Source: Nitrospirales bacterium (GTDB taxonomy: Bacteria > Nitrospirota > Nitrospiria > Nitrospirales > UBA8639). Taken from it: 64,000 bases of DNA. The notes beneath the pieces are model-generated. The model did not search any database. It was not told where the DNA came from and was given only the letters and a program-made list of their open reading frames with translations. Position 1 is the first letter of the stretch. Each line of letters opens with the position of its first letter. The position numbers were made by a program, and so were the translations under genes. This document shows positions 41,974 through 53,158 of the stretch, piece by piece. The stretch lies in contig OY820905.2 in NCBI GenBank assembly GCA_963555755.3, forward strand, positions 4,000,001 through 4,064,000, in the 5' to 3' direction.

Positions 41974-42143
41974 GTCCATGACTCGTGGAATGTCGAGCCT
42001 CGTGAAAAGCTCGCCCGCCTACCTAATGGTAGGGGGGCACCGAGTCGCTGTGTGAGGCTGCCTGTTCCCCGAGGGAGGGATACCACACATGTCCATGACT
42101 GGGTAGTTTTTTTTCGAGAGGACGTTTCTCGTCTTTTCTAGCT

Positions 42144-45100
42144 ATGGCTGACTCATCTTCCAACCAGATCTTCGCAGAACCATCTTCTTCGTCCGTCGAT
42201 TTCCAGGACCAGATCGGTCTTCAAGCTCGGCTCATTGTCGAGCAGGCTTTGGATGCCATCATCACCTTTGATGCCAATGGCCTCATTACCCATGGGAATC
42301 CCCAAGCGGAGCGTCTTTTTGGTTGGATCCAACGCGAGGTGGTGGGTCAGGCCTTTACGGATGTGGTGTTAGCTCCGCAATACCGTGAAAGTTATACTCG
42401 TGGCATTCAACGCTTTCTCGCTTCAGGGGATGATACGCTTCTCAATAGACGAGCCGAGACGATGGCCCTTAATCGGGATGGATCAGAATTTCTCGTGGAA
42501 ATGTCATTATGTCCGTTGGACCTTGGCGGAACCTATTGCTTTAGTGTCTTTTTAAGAGATATTCGTGAGCGTCGACAATCCGAACGAGCGTTGCTCCGAG
42601 AGACCATGCTGGTCCAACTGCATCAGGGTGTGGCCTCGGCAGCCAATGAGTCGCCAACGGTGGAGTTGGCATTAGAGTCGAGCCTCAATTGGGTGTGTGC
42701 GTTACTCGGTTGGTCAGTTGGGCATGTGTGGCTGTATTCCAAAGAAGAGAAACGGTTGACCTCAAGCCGTATTTGGTTTCTTGACCATCCGAGCCGGTAT
42801 GATGGGTTTCGAACGGCGACAGAAGGCCTGTCTCTCCTGTCTGGGGAAGATCTCCCTGGTAGGGTTCATCAGAGCCGGCAACCTATCATGACCCAGGAGG
42901 TGTGCAAGGAAATGTCCACGGCTCGATCGTCACTGGCTGAGTCGGCTGGCTTGGTGTCGAGTTTTGCCTCGCCTATCGTGGTTGGTGTGGATGTTGTCGC
43001 GGTGATGGAATTTTTCTCAGATAAACAAGAAGAAATGGACGATCGGCTTTTGGATTCCATGGTGTCGGTTGGGGTGCAACTAGGCCGTGTCATCGAACGA
43101 AAAGAAGTCCAAGAAGAATTGGTGAGCGCGAAAGAGGCGTCGGAAGCGGCAGCTCGGACCAAGTCAGAATTTCTCGCGAATATGAGCCATGAGATCCGCA
43201 CACCCATGAATGGTGTCATTGGGATGACTGGACTTCTTCTTGACACCCCACTGTCGACCGAGCAACGAGATTTTGCCGAAACGGTGAGAAACTCGGCAGA
43301 GGCCTTGCTGACGATCATCAATGACATCTTAGATTTTTCTAAAATTGAAGCCGGAAAGCTCGACCTTGAAATGATTGACTTTGATCTTCGGGTGGCCGTT
43401 GAAGAGGTCGTCGAATTATTGGCGGAAAAAGCTGAGGACAAAGGTATTCAACTTGCCTGTCTGCTGCACTCCGATATCCCCCATGAAACGAAAGGGGATC
43501 CAGGACGGTTTCGACAGGTGCTGATCAATTTGCTTGGCAACGCGGTGAAGTTTACTGAACAGGGCGAAGTGGTGGTTCGTGTGAACACAGTCCACGACAG
43601 CCAGGAAGGCACTGTCATTCGTGTGGAAGTGGCCGATACGGGGATCGGCATTTCGGAGGAACACCAAGATCGACTGTTTCAGTCTTTCACGCAAGCCGAC
43701 AGTTCTACCACGCGAAAATACGGAGGCACGGGATTAGGGTTAGCGATCTGTAAGCAGCTGGTTGGTGTAATGGGCGGACAGATTGGATTCACTAGCGAGC
43801 CAGGAAAGGGCGCGACCTTTTGGTTTACGGTGTGTTTGCAACCAGTGACTCAGGTGTCCGAATCCGGAAATAGTAGCCGAGGGAAGCTCAAGGGGCTGCG
43901 CGTGTTGATCGTTGACGACAATTCCACCAACCAAAAAATATTGGAATACTATGTGAAGGCCTGGGAGATGGATAGCGTCAGTGTGCGGGACGGACCCTCA
44001 GCGCTCCATGCGCTTCGTCAAGCTGCCGCCGAGGGCCGGTCGTTTGATTTGGCATTGCTCGATATGCAGATGCCTCACATGGATGGGCTGGCCTTGGCAC
44101 AAGCCATTCAACAGGACCCTGGCCTGGCATCGGTCAAACTTGTGATGTTGACGTCCTTGGGTCGTCGGGGAGATGCCGAGAAAGCCAAACACGTGGGCAT
44201 CGCGGCGTACTTAACCAAGCCGATTCGTCAAGTTGTGTTGTTTAACAGTTTAAGTATGTTGGTTGGGACAGAAGGGAAGGGTGAGGCCCCTCAGCTGGTG
44301 ACCCGACATACTGTCAAAGAAGTACAGCGGAGGGAAACGGTTCATATTTTATTGGCCGAAGATAATCTTGTGAACCAAAAAGTGGCAGTGCGAATGCTCG
44401 AACGTCTGGGATTTCGTCCGGATGTGGTCAAAAACGGGTGTGAGGCCGTAAAAGCCTGTGAGCAGGGCACGTATCACCTGATTCTCATGGATTGCCAGAT
44501 GCCAGAAATGGATGGATTTGAAGCGACGCAGGTAATTAGAAAACGCGAAGAGTCGCTCATCGCTGGGACCTCCTCGCGTGTAAATGGTGAATCGGTTCCA
44601 GGAAAAGACGAGGAACGAGCGATCAGCACGCAGCGGCACATTCCAATCATTGCCATGACCGCCAATGCCATGAAAGGTGATCGTGAGAAATGCTTGGAAG
44701 CTGGCATGGACGGTTATCTCGTGAAACCGGTGAAGCCCGAGATTCTCGAAGACATGATTCTTCGATGGCTTCCCAAGCCCTCGGAAGGCCTGCCCTTCCT
44801 GGTGGTGAGACAGGAAGAATCCTTCGTCGGGTGTCTGGATGAGCAAGTGCTCCGGGACTTAGAATCCTTGGGTGATGAAAAACAGCCTGATTTTCTCAAA
44901 ACCGTGATTCAGCAATTTTTGGAGGATCAACCGAAGCATATCACCGCAGTTGAAACCGCCATCGAGGACAAGGATGCCTTGGCCCTTCGATTGGCTGCCC
45001 ATTCTTTGAAAGGGAGCAGTTGTAATGTCGGGGCTCGGGCCCTAGCCAGTCGTGCCATGGAATTAGAAAAATTAGGTGCAGCCGGCACGCTTGATGGTGT

Positions 45101-45200
45101 CGAGCCTCTTCTCGTAGCGTTTCAAAAAGAATGTCGTCGGGCTCGCCGGGCACTTGCACAACGTATCGGCACTCAATCCGTTGGCTCTGGGGGCTGTTGA
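42144..45200 (+). CDS. Hybrid histidine kinase (PAS-GAF-HisKA-HATPase-REC-REC-Hpt)
   Basis: [32 protein letters not shown], two receiver domains, AHSLKGSS. Confidence 0.95.
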   Translation: MADSSSNQIFAEPSSSSVDFQDQIGLQARLIVEQALDAIITFDANGLITHGNPQAERLFGWIQREVVGQAFTDVVLAPQYRESYTRGIQRFLASGDDTLLNRRAETMALNRDGSEFLVEMSLCPLDLGGTYCFSVFLRDIRERRQSERALLRETMLVQLHQGVASAANESPTVELALESSLNWVCALLGWSVGHVWLYSKEEKRLTSSRIWFLDHPSRYDGFRTATEGLSLLSGEDLPGRVHQSRQPIMTQEVCKEMSTARSSLAESAGLVSSFASPIVVGVDVVAVMEFFSDKQEEMDDRLLDSMVSVGVQLGRVIERKEVQEELVSAKEASEAAARTKSEFLANMSHEIRTPMNGVIGMTGLLLDTPLSTEQRDFAETVRNSAEALLTIINDILDFSKIEAGKLDLEMIDFDLRVAVEEVVELLAEKAEDKGIQLACLLHSDIPHETKGDPGRFRQVLINLLGNAVKFTEQGEVVVRVNTVHDSQEGTVIRVEVADTGIGISEEHQDRLFQSFTQADSSTTRKYGGTGLGLAICKQLVGVMGGQIGFTSEPGKGATFWFTVCLQPVTQVSESGNSSRGKLKGLRVLIVDDNSTNQKILEYYVKAWEMDSVSVRDGPSALHALRQAAAEGRSFDLALLDMQMPHMDGLALAQAIQQDPGLASVKLVMLTSLGRRGDAEKAKHVGIAAYLTKPIRQVVLFNSLSMLVGTEGKGEAPQLVTRHTVKEVQRRETVHILLAEDNLVNQKVAVRMLERLGFRPDVVKNGCEAVKACEQGTYHLILMDCQMPEMDGFEATQVIRKREESLIAGTSSRVNGESVPGKDEERAISTQRHIPIIAMTANAMKGDREKCLEAGMDGYLVKPVKPEILEDMILRWLPKPSEGLPFLVVRQEESFVGCLDEQVLRDLESLGDEKQPDFLKTVIQQFLEDQPKHITAVETAIEDKDALALRLAAHSLKGSSCNVGARALASRAMELEKLGAAGTLDGVEPLLVAFQKECRRARRALAQRIGTQSVGSGGC

Positions 45201-45356
45201 AAAAGCATGCCCTGAGTCTTTCCGAAGGGTCCCAGCGGCGTTCTCGGCCCTTGGTCGTGCTCACGTACTATGAGTACGCTCCGCGCGCCAAAGTGCCTGC
45301 GGCCTTTCCTTCGACAAGCTCAGGACAGGACTGGACGGGCCTTTTTGAACAGCCCC
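45190..45356. mobile_element. MITE-like element, family B, with two REP-like hairpins
   Basis: TIR GGGGCTGTTGAAAAAG / CTTTTTGAACAGCCCC; contains GCCCTGAGTCTTTCCGAAGGG and CCTTCGACAAGCTCAGGAC. Confidence 0.8.
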
Positions 45357-45463
45357 TTTCCCTACCTTTCGATTTTCCAACTTATCATTCCATCTTCTCA
45401 ACCGGCACTCCCTGTGTTATACACACCTCCAGATTGTAGCGCGGACCTTTTGGCCTTGGTTCA

Positions 45464-45894
45464 ACCTAGAAACAGCAGTTGGATCACAAAAGTCCGCGCA
45501 AGCTCTCAGGGTCCGTCACGAAATAACCGGGACAATTGGCCGAGACGATTTTGGAGCGAGCCAAGGAGCGAAGAGCGCGCATACCGGGAGTATGGAAGCG
45601 ATGAGCGACGCCGGCGGAGCCCAAAAGCGTCCGGCCCTGCGGGGAGGCCCATCTTTGGCCCGGGGCGGCGTTGCTCCTCGGTCACAGAGCCCCGCTCTGC
45701 TCCCTCGTCGCGCCTTGCCCCGATCACAAATCTGGGCCTCCCAATTGTCCCGGTTATTTCGTGACGGACCCTTAGCGCACCTGGCAAAATAAAAAAATGT
45801 CTCATCACCACGAAGGTGACCACGACTTTTTTTATTTCACCATGCACACCAATATCTTACACGGCTTTTTTGTGTCCAACTGCTGTTTCTAGGT
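45464..45894. mobile_element. MITE-like element, family F (hosts family D)
   Basis: Perfect TIR ACCTAGAAACAGCAGTTGG / CCAACTGCTGTTTCTAGGT with TCA duplication; halves homologous to 2982-3052 and ~7668-7751. Confidence 0.8.
45509..45771. mobile_element. MITE-like element, family D
   Basis: 31-bp perfect TIR GGGTCCGTCACGAAATAACCGGGACAATTGG; flanks TCA/TTA. Confidence 0.85.
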
Positions 45895-45929
45895 TCAAGC
45901 CCACTGTTGACTCCTCAACGTTTTCTCCT

Positions 45930-47273
45930 ATGACGATTGCACCTTACCGAACGACTCCTGTCACGACTGACCGCATGCCGGCAGGCATTCTGTTTTTGGT
46001 CACGAATGAGGCTGCCGAGCGTTTTAGTTACTATGGCATGCGCGCCATCCTGGTGGTGTTTATGACGGAGTATTTGCTCACTCATGATGGTGCCCCGGAC
46101 CTCATGGGAGAAGCCGAAGCGCGATCGTATTTTCATCTCTTTGCCTCGGCCGTCTATTTTTTCCCGATAGTGGGTGCGCTCATCGCGGATGTGTTCTGGG
46201 GAAAGTTTCGCACCATTGTCGTGCTGTCGATGGTCTATTGCCTCGGTCACCTGGCCTTGGCCGTGGATCACACGCGGATGGGTTTAGCGATCGGGTTAAC
46301 CCTCATTGCCATTGGCTCAGGAGGTATTAAGCCCTGCGTCTCCGCGAATCTCGGGGATCAGTTTGGCTCGGCCAATAGTCATTTATTGTCCAAGGCGTTT
46401 TATTGGTTTTACTTTGCTATTAATCTTGGGGCAGGCATATCTACATTGTTGACTCCATGGTTCTTACACCATGTTGGGCCTCATGTGGCCTTTGGCGTGC
46501 CCGGGTTGCTGATGCTGTTGGCAACCTGGGTGTTTTGGATGGGGCGGTGGCAGTATGTCCATATCCCGCCTAGGGGGGCCTCATTTCTCACCGAACTGAT
46601 GGAGCCGGAAAATCTTCGTGCCATATGGCGGCTGATTCCGATTTTTATTTTTTCCGCATTTTTCTGGTCCCTTTATGACCAGACGGGATCGGCTTGGGTC
46701 TTGCAAGCCAAACACATGGATCGTCTATGGATGGGGATCGAATGGTTACCGTCCCAAATTCAGGTGGTCAATCCGTTTCTCATCATGGTGTTGATCCCGA
46801 TTTTTTCCTATGGGATTTACCCATTCCTTAGCAAGGTCTATCCCCTCACCCCTTTGCGCAAGATTGCTATTGGGTTTTTTGTGACGGTTCTGGCGTTTCT
46901 CATTTCTGCTCAAATCGAAATCCAGATTGCGGAGGGCCTTCGACCAAATATCGTGTGGCAACTGCTGGCCTTTGTCGTGATCACGGCTGCAGAAGTCATG
47001 GTGTCGATTACATGTTTGGAGTTTTCCTATACTCAGGCCCCAAGAGCCTTAAAATCCGTGGTGATGGCGTTGTTCCTCTTGTCCGTGTCCCTTGGCAATG
47101 CGTTCACCTCACTCGTGAATGTATTCATCCAAAATGAGGATGGCAGTGTTGTCCTTGAAGGCGCGGCCTACTATTGGTTTTTTGCTGGGGTGATGTTTGC
47201 GGGTTCCGTGCTGTTTATCTGGGTTGCCCAAAGGTATCGAGGAAAGACGTACCTTCAAGGAGAAGGGACATAG
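45930..47273 (+). CDS. POT/PTR family proton-dependent oligopeptide transporter
   Basis: NEAAERFSYYGM, GSGGIKP, FYFAINLG, EFSYTQAP. Confidence 0.93.
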   Translation: MTIAPYRTTPVTTDRMPAGILFLVTNEAAERFSYYGMRAILVVFMTEYLLTHDGAPDLMGEAEARSYFHLFASAVYFFPIVGALIADVFWGKFRTIVVLSMVYCLGHLALAVDHTRMGLAIGLTLIAIGSGGIKPCVSANLGDQFGSANSHLLSKAFYWFYFAINLGAGISTLLTPWFLHHVGPHVAFGVPGLLMLLATWVFWMGRWQYVHIPPRGASFLTELMEPENLRAIWRLIPIFIFSAFFWSLYDQTGSAWVLQAKHMDRLWMGIEWLPSQIQVVNPFLIMVLIPIFSYGIYPFLSKVYPLTPLRKIAIGFFVTVLAFLISAQIEIQIAEGLRPNIVWQLLAFVVITAAEVMVSITCLEFSYTQAPRALKSVVMALFLLSVSLGNAFTSLVNVFIQNEDGSVVLEGAAYYWFFAGVMFAGSVLFIWVAQRYRGKTYLQGEGT

Positions 47274-47577
47274 GGAATGGTGCGGATTTCAACCTGTGGA
47301 TAAGCTGTTGTTTTTTTCAATCGCCATGTTGGATGGGGTGTTTTTTGCCTTTACGCGACTTTCCCCATATTTTAAGAGGGTTTTACAAACACATCGCTCA
47401 AAACTCCTTATCAATAAAGGGTTTTTTAATTCTCAAGACGATTCATCCCCTCTGGGTGTCACGAATGAAATGGTGTGGATATTTGATGCCATGCCATCCA
47501 GGTGAGTGACTGTGAATTTGAAGGGGATAACTCTCAAGCGTGGTGGTCTGTAGTCATTCTCAATACGTTCCATACAC

Positions 47578-47686
47578 TCGAAATACGAATATCGAATTTC
47601 GAAACAAATCGGAAACTTTAAATTCGAATTTTTCAATTTGATCATTCTCATGTGTTTCGGATTTCGATATTGGAGCTTCGGATTTA
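47578..47686. repeat. Degenerate short-period inverted repeat cluster
   Basis: AAATACGAATATCGAATTTCGAAACA ... TGTTTCGGATTTCGATATTGGAGCTTCGGATTT. Confidence 0.6.
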
Positions 47687-47774
47687 CTCTCTTGTTCTTC
47701 CGCCATCAGCAACAAGAACGGAAGTTAATTGAAAAAGCTAAAGAATGAAGGATGTTCAGGGAGTGTCCTGCCTC

Positions 47775-48602
47775 TCAACCCCTAGGCTTTTGGCTGAGAT
47801 AGACGACCTGGTTGACTCGGAAGGCCTCGGTATATTGGTCGGGTGTGATGTGTTGGGAATGAAAGCACCGACCGTCGAAGATAATGAGTCGATTGGGTTT
47901 CATCTCAATGAGCTTGAGTAATTCCCAGTATTCGTTTCCGTCGTTGATATAGGTGTTGTCCCTATTGGCAAAGAGCGGATTAAATATCATACTGTTTTGA
48001 AAATTCTCGTAGCCCTCCTCACTGTCCAAAAATTCATCACTCAGTTCTAACCGGTCTGCAAGTTCCCTGATGTCTTGGTCTGGCACGATGGGGACCCGTT
48101 CGAGTCCGGTGGGGCGATGTCGGTAAAGGCCGCTTCCTCCGACACATGATTCGGCTGGGTTCAAATATACCATGGCCGTGATGTCTTGGTCGATGTGAGG
48201 CTGCCGCTGCCCAATGTTCAACTTAAAATTATTGTTCGTGATTCCTTGGAAGACGGCGGGTTGGGCATCGAAAAAATTATACAGGGGAACTCCCCACAGT
48301 TCACTGATTTTCTCAAAGAGTGGTTGAGTATTGATCTTCAGTGAGGCTCGAACACCAGGAAAGTTGCCCACGATCTCAAACCGGTCGGTGTAGGGTAATC
48401 CCAGCGCCAGTTCTAGCGCTTTCTCGGGATGCTGATAAAAATAATCTGCCATGACCAGTTTATGGTGACCCTGCCCTACAAACTCAGTGGTAACACGACA
48501 CTGTGGATTTATGGCAAGTGCATCTGCAGGAACATTCATAGCGAGATCAAGTGGTGATGACAATGATAGGGCATGGTGCGCTTTCTCAAACATCCCCGTC
48601 AA
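47775..48602 (-). CDS. DUF6445-like protein (2OG-Fe(II) oxygenase-like fold)
   Basis: FPGVRA, QPHID, VYLN, GGSGLYRHR, NRLIIFDG..FHS. Confidence 0.7.
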   Translation of the reverse strand: MTGMFEKAHHALSLSSPLDLAMNVPADALAINPQCRVTTEFVGQGHHKLVMADYFYQHPEKALELALGLPYTDRFEIVGNFPGVRASLKINTQPLFEKISELWGVPLYNFFDAQPAVFQGITNNNFKLNIGQRQPHIDQDITAMVYLNPAESCVGGSGLYRHRPTGLERVPIVPDQDIRELADRLELSDEFLDSEEGYENFQNSMIFNPLFANRDNTYINDGNEYWELLKLIEMKPNRLIIFDGRCFHSQHITPDQYTEAFRVNQVVYLSQKPRG

Positions 48603-48663
48603 TTCGGGTGTCTACCGGCGTAAGACACATCACGATTTTTTCATAGCCACAATGGCTAGGTGT

Positions 48664-48786
48664 GCTGGCGGCCTTTTTCAACCTTCCACGTTTTCGTTGA
48701 ATAGTCCCACTATTCGCCTCACACGATCGAAACCTCTGACTCAAATCAGCACATCCTCGTGGGGATCGCTAATCTTGGATAGGCTC
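48664..48786. repeat. Chimeric remnant: end of family B joined to the right part of family E
   Basis: GCTGGCGGCCTTTTTCAACCTTCC, then sequence similar to 62655-62750. Confidence 0.7.
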
Positions 48787-48925
48787 CTAGAAAAATGGTG
48801 AAGCTCCATTAACATATCGCCCTTTGTCGATGAGGGCATTTTTGAAATGATTGTCAAAAAAGTTTTGAAGGCGCGAAAAAAAATGCGTTCTGAGCGTGGT
48901 CGTAGAGGGCCTTCGGTGAGGTTCG

Positions 48926-49453
48926 TCAATGACCATGGTCCGAGGTCAGCTCTAAAAAACGAGGCGCCAAAATTCGGCTTTGAATCATCAGAAATCCTCG
49001 TTCTCCATGTTCTCGGTAATTGAGAGTGGCTTCGGTTTCGTCCCCTCGCCAAGTATTTTCTTGGTTTAATCCACGCATCATGGACCCTGGCCTTCGTATG
49101 ACTGGGCCATATTGCCTCGTGAGGTACATCATGATGGCATGATGCGAATCCTTGCCTTGGTAGCGAATCATGACCCTTGCAAATTTTCCGTCGATTGTCA
49201 GTAGGCGCAGAGATTCAACATGCGTATTCGCAAATCGTAACGTTTCTTCTGAAAATTGATATGATTGGATTCGATCATCAGAGTCAATGAGGGAAAGATG
49301 TTTGAGCGTGTGAAGAGCCGTGTTCCATTTGATTCCTTCAAAACCTTGGGGGTCATTTGAAATCGGACTGATGGCTCGAGTTGGAGACGTCGCGAGGAGG
49401 ACGAGAAGCAGGGAGGTGAACACGACAGAAATGTGGAGCCGAAGGCTTTTCAT
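48926..49453 (-). CDS. Exported hypothetical protein
   Basis: Signal peptide; DPQGFEGIKW. Confidence 0.7.
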   Translation of the reverse strand: MKSLRLHISVVFTSLLLVLLATSPTRAISPISNDPQGFEGIKWNTALHTLKHLSLIDSDDRIQSYQFSEETLRFANTHVESLRLLTIDGKFARVMIRYQGKDSHHAIMMYLTRQYGPVIRRPGSMMRGLNQENTWRGDETEATLNYREHGERGFLMIQSRILAPRFLELTSDHGH

Positions 49454-49622
49454 ACCTGTCACCGCTCGGACCCTAACATGTGGCAAGTCTGCGTGCAATG
49501 TCGCTGGGTTCGTCTTATTGAAATGCAGGCAATCGAGAAAAGAGGAATTCTTAATAGTTGAATTTGGTGTAGCCTACCTATTACCGAGGTGGGGAAGATG
49601 GGCGCGTTGCCTGATTAGCGGA

Positions 49623-50567
49623 TCATGCAGCGGAGTTAGCAGAAAGGGCGACAGGGTAGGTGGTTTTCTTTCCATGTAAAGAGCCGTTGGATAAGGCAGC
49701 CCATTCCGTGTGTTGTGCCCCCACGAGGATCCAGGTATCAGGGTTGTCAAGAATCATTTGAACCAACTGATTATGTAAAAAATGTCCGGAACGATCGGCA
49801 AAAACATGTCCGATGACCGGAACTCCCAACAATGCCAAATCCCCAATAAGATCTAGTACTTTGTGTCGAACACATTCATCCGGGAACCGAAGTCCTTGGT
49901 CATTGAGAAGCCCTGATTCTGAAAACACGATAGTGTTATCCAGTGATCCACCTTGCCCAAGCCCCCTAGCCCATAACGCTTCCACTTCGTGTGAAAAGGC
50001 AAACGTCCTGGCTTCGGCAATTTTATCTTGGAAGGCTTTAGGCGACCATTCGTACTCATATGTCTGTTGTTGGATCAGGGTGTGATCGTATTCAATGGAG
50101 TAGGTAATTTTTGGGGTGGTCGATGGGAGAATAGACACCCCACGGCGATGATCGCCCACGTGCAAGGGTTTGACGATTTTGAGGAATGTCCGTGGGCGTT
50201 CCTGGGAAACCATGCCTGCAGCATGGATCTTCTCGACAAATGGTGCGGCACTGCCATCCATGGCAGGGACTTCTTCTGAATCGATATCAATATAGGCATT
50301 GTTGATATGCATTCCCCAAAGAGCGGAGAGAACATGTTCGGTCGTTTGAATTTGGAAGCCGTTGGATCCAATGGTTGTACAGAGTTCCATGGGGCGAAGG
50401 TTTCGAATGGAGGCTTGACATGTTTCAATGTGTCCGTTGGTCTTTCTCCTGAATACGATCCCTGAGTCCACCGGTGCGGGCGCCAGCGTCACCTTGGAGG
50501 GTTTCCCTGAATGTAAACCGATGCCCTCTAATGAAATATTCTGTCTCAATGTCCTTTGCACGTGCAT
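49623..50567 (-). CDS. lpxC: UDP-3-O-acyl-N-acetylglucosamine deacetylase
   Basis: QRTL..GIGLHSG, TEHVLSAL, MDGSA, ARTF, RHKVLDLIGDL, SGH. Confidence 0.97.
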   Translation of the reverse strand: MHVQRTLRQNISLEGIGLHSGKPSKVTLAPAPVDSGIVFRRKTNGHIETCQASIRNLRPMELCTTIGSNGFQIQTTEHVLSALWGMHINNAYIDIDSEEVPAMDGSAAPFVEKIHAAGMVSQERPRTFLKIVKPLHVGDHRRGVSILPSTTPKITYSIEYDHTLIQQQTYEYEWSPKAFQDKIAEARTFAFSHEVEALWARGLGQGGSLDNTIVFSESGLLNDQGLRFPDECVRHKVLDLIGDLALLGVPVIGHVFADRSGHFLHNQLVQMILDNPDTWILVGAQHTEWAALSNGSLHGKKTTYPVALSANSAA

Positions 50568-50604
50568 AGCTCCTCTTGTCGGAATTTAAGAGTCCATTAA
50601 TATC

Positions 50605-50622
50605 ATGCAAAACACGGGCCAG
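50605..50622 (-). promoter_or_regulatory. Sigma54 (-24/-12) promoter upstream of lpxC
   Basis: Minus strand CTGGCCCGTGTTTTGCAT = GG-N10-GC, with an AT-rich tract upstream of it. Confidence 0.65.
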
Positions 50623-50745
50623 TATTTATGAATAATTAAATTTCATAACTAATTGAATTTATGCGAATTTTAAATTTTCACTATACTAGTGTGATGTTAA
50701 AAATCAATATTGTGTTGCTAAAAAACCACACTTTAGAATTTATAC

Positions 50746-51123
50746 TCAAATCCTTAAGGTCTCCAAAAACGGTTCCTGTAGGTAGCGTTGGACTTCAGGA
50801 ATATCAGTAGCGTTTTGTGAACGAAGGAGCCCCGCAATGATGCCTCGATGTTTTTTATACAGCCCTGAATCAATTATGGCTATCTGGTACAGCTTCCATT
50901 TACTGATCTTGTTATCGGCAATGTGCTGCTGTTCATCCGCAGTTTTCGTCTGTATCAGGGTTGAGAGGCAGGTCAACGCTTTTTCGACGCTGTCATAAGG
51001 CGGGGCGAGTTGTAACCGTTGATAAAAGGATTCAAGGTCGTGTCGGAAGTCGGTCAGAATTATTTTCACAGGTGCTGGCGTCATGACTAATTCCCCCACG
51101 TTAAATGGGGGTAAGTATAGCAA
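50746..51123 (-). CDS. Hypothetical protein (start uncertain)
   Basis: 125-aa ORF, helical composition. Confidence 0.6.
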   Translation of the reverse strand: MLYLPPFNVGELVMTPAPVKIILTDFRHDLESFYQRLQLAPPYDSVEKALTCLSTLIQTKTADEQQHIADNKISKWKLYQIAIIDSGLYKKHRGIIAGLLRSQNATDIPEVQRYLQEPFLETLRI

Positions 51124-51609
51124 AAGTCATGATCCTGTGTCTTTCTCTGATTTCGGAAAATTCGTGGTTCTTTCGTTCAGAGGAACAACATGAACCATGA
51201 GGCAAGGTCGACCTTCTGAATGACCAGTGTTGGGACCGGACAAATAGGGGATCATACAGAATATATGGTTCTATCCTACCGCCATCCAATTCTGGCCACA
51301 TGGAGTTTCTTGGCCATGGCTTTGCTTCCTGTGAGCTTTCTTTCTTAGTGTAGCCTGCACGATCTTATCGTGCCCTCTTCCCACGGACCAAGGGGCTATG
51401 ACGCCAGGAAGAGGCAGCATGAGATGCTGCAGCGACCTAAAAATACAAGACGACGCCATTCGCTCAAAAGGAGAGGCGACATAACCCACGAGGAGTGCCA
51501 TACATTTATGTGCACCTGATCGTATTGTGCTGCCAGAACCCTATATTCTGCATGATCCCAAATAGGGAGGCGGGAACTCACTACCGGAAACCAAGGGCTC
51601 TGAAAAGTC

Positions 51610-52299
51610 CTATTCGGCATTACTGAATTGGTCCAAGTCCTGTTCTTTGCCAATCATGACCAGCACGTCTCCCTTTTCAATGAGGTCACTGGGAGACGGG
51701 GTAAAATTAAACGATTCCTCTTTCATTAATTGGCCTTTGACCATGCGCTTGACCTGTTTTTTGATGCCGATGACATTGAGATTGTGTTCCTCTCGAATTT
51801 TCGCCTCTTCGATGCTTAAGCCGGAAAAACGATCCGGTACGACAATTTCTTCAATGCTATAGCCTGGCGAAAGTTCCAAGTATTCCAATACTTTGGGGGA
51901 AATGAGGCGATGTGCCAGTCGATTGGCCGCATCGCGTTCAGGGTAGATCACTTCCGAGACGCCAAGGTTACTGAGAATTTTCCCATGAGTATTCGTCACG
52001 GCCTTTGCAATGATTGACTTCACGCCCATTTCAGCCAGTGTTTGGACGATCAGAATGCTGGCTTCAATATTTTCACCGATGCTCACAACGGCCACGTCAA
52101 CATTCTGTGCGCTGACTGCCTTGAGGGCTCGCTCATCCGTGGCATCGCATTGAACGGCAAATGTTGCGATGTCGCTGATGGCTTGAATTTTGGATTCTTC
52201 GCTATCGATGGCCAGCACTTCACATCCTTTTTTTACTAACGACTCAGCCACGCTATAACCAAACCGTCCTAACCCAATGACGGCAAACACGCGCTTCAT
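51610..52299 (-). CDS. TrkA/KtrA-family potassium uptake regulatory subunit
   Basis: VIGLGRFG, IIAKA, VIYPERD, RCK_C domain. Confidence 0.93.
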   Translation of the reverse strand: MKRVFAVIGLGRFGYSVAESLVKKGCEVLAIDSEESKIQAISDIATFAVQCDATDERALKAVSAQNVDVAVVSIGENIEASILIVQTLAEMGVKSIIAKAVTNTHGKILSNLGVSEVIYPERDAANRLAHRLISPKVLEYLELSPGYSIEEIVVPDRFSGLSIEEAKIREEHNLNVIGIKKQVKRMVKGQLMKEESFNFTPSPSDLIEKGDVLVMIGKEQDLDQFSNAE

Positions 52300-52341
52300 A
52301 GCAATCCTTGATGGTGAAGGTTAGACATCAGGTTGTGAAAA

Positions 52342-53157
52342 TTAGCTGTGGGGCGTTTCCTCTGTGGGTGCTGGGGGTTCTGGTGTCTTGGCACCTTGAA
52401 GGAAAGGGGAAATCAGGTCAATGGGAACGGGAAATATAATGGTCGAGGTTTTATCGCCGGCCACGCTCATAATGGTCTCGATGTATCGCAATTGAAGTGC
52501 AGCGGGGTTTCGGCTCAAAATATTGGCGGCATCCGATAATCGCTGTGAGGCCTGAAATTCCCCTTCCGCGTGAATAACTTTCGAACGGCGTTCCCGTTCG
52601 GCTTCGGCTTGTCGCGCAATGGCCCGCTGCATTTCCTGCGGCAGATCAACATTCTTGACTTCAACTGATGTCACTTTGATACCCCAGGGCTCAGTGGCTT
52701 GGTCAATAATGCGCTGAAGGTCGGCATTAATTTCATCGCGCTTGGAGAGTAAATCATCGAGTTGGCTTTGTCCCAGCACGCTGCGCAGAGTCGTTTGGGC
52801 AATCATGGATGTGGCATAATAGTAATCTTCGACATCGACGATAGCTTTTTCGGCATTGACCACGCGGAAGTAAATCACCGCGTTGACCTTCACCGAGACG
52901 TTATCTTTGGTGATGACATCCTGTGGAGGGACATCCATGGTCACGGTTCTGAGACCGACCCGAACCAATTTGTCGATCAACGGAATAATAATGATGATGC
53001 CGGGCCCGTTCTTTCCGATAATGCCGCTGGCCAAACGTCCGAACCGAAAAATCACGGCTCGCTCATACTCCCGTAAGATATACATCCCTTTTGAGATGAT
53101 AATTAGCAATCCGATCAGGACGATCAAGAGCGTGGTTGGATTAAACGGATCCGGCAT
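52342..53157 (-). CDS. SPFH/band 7 (slipin) protein
   Basis: [39 protein letters not shown]. Confidence 0.95.
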   Translation of the reverse strand: MPDPFNPTTLLIVLIGLLIIISKGMYILREYERAVIFRFGRLASGIIGKNGPGIIIIIPLIDKLVRVGLRTVTMDVPPQDVITKDNVSVKVNAVIYFRVVNAEKAIVDVEDYYYATSMIAQTTLRSVLGQSQLDDLLSKRDEINADLQRIIDQATEPWGIKVTSVEVKNVDLPQEMQRAIARQAEAERERRSKVIHAEGEFQASQRLSDAANILSRNPAALQLRYIETIMSVAGDKTSTIIFPVPIDLISPFLQGAKTPEPPAPTEETPHS

Positions 53158-53158
53158 G

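Noticed and set aside
45131..45847. ORFs of 66-164 aa over 45.1-45.8 kb (likewise 1759-1980, 2383-3155, 7506-7757, 54290-54692, 63654-63964)
   Set aside because: They are translations of palindromic repeats or intron RNA, not credible proteins
51130..51600. Small genes between trkA and the 50746 ORF
   Set aside because: Overlapping short ORFs without RBS or recognisable motifs
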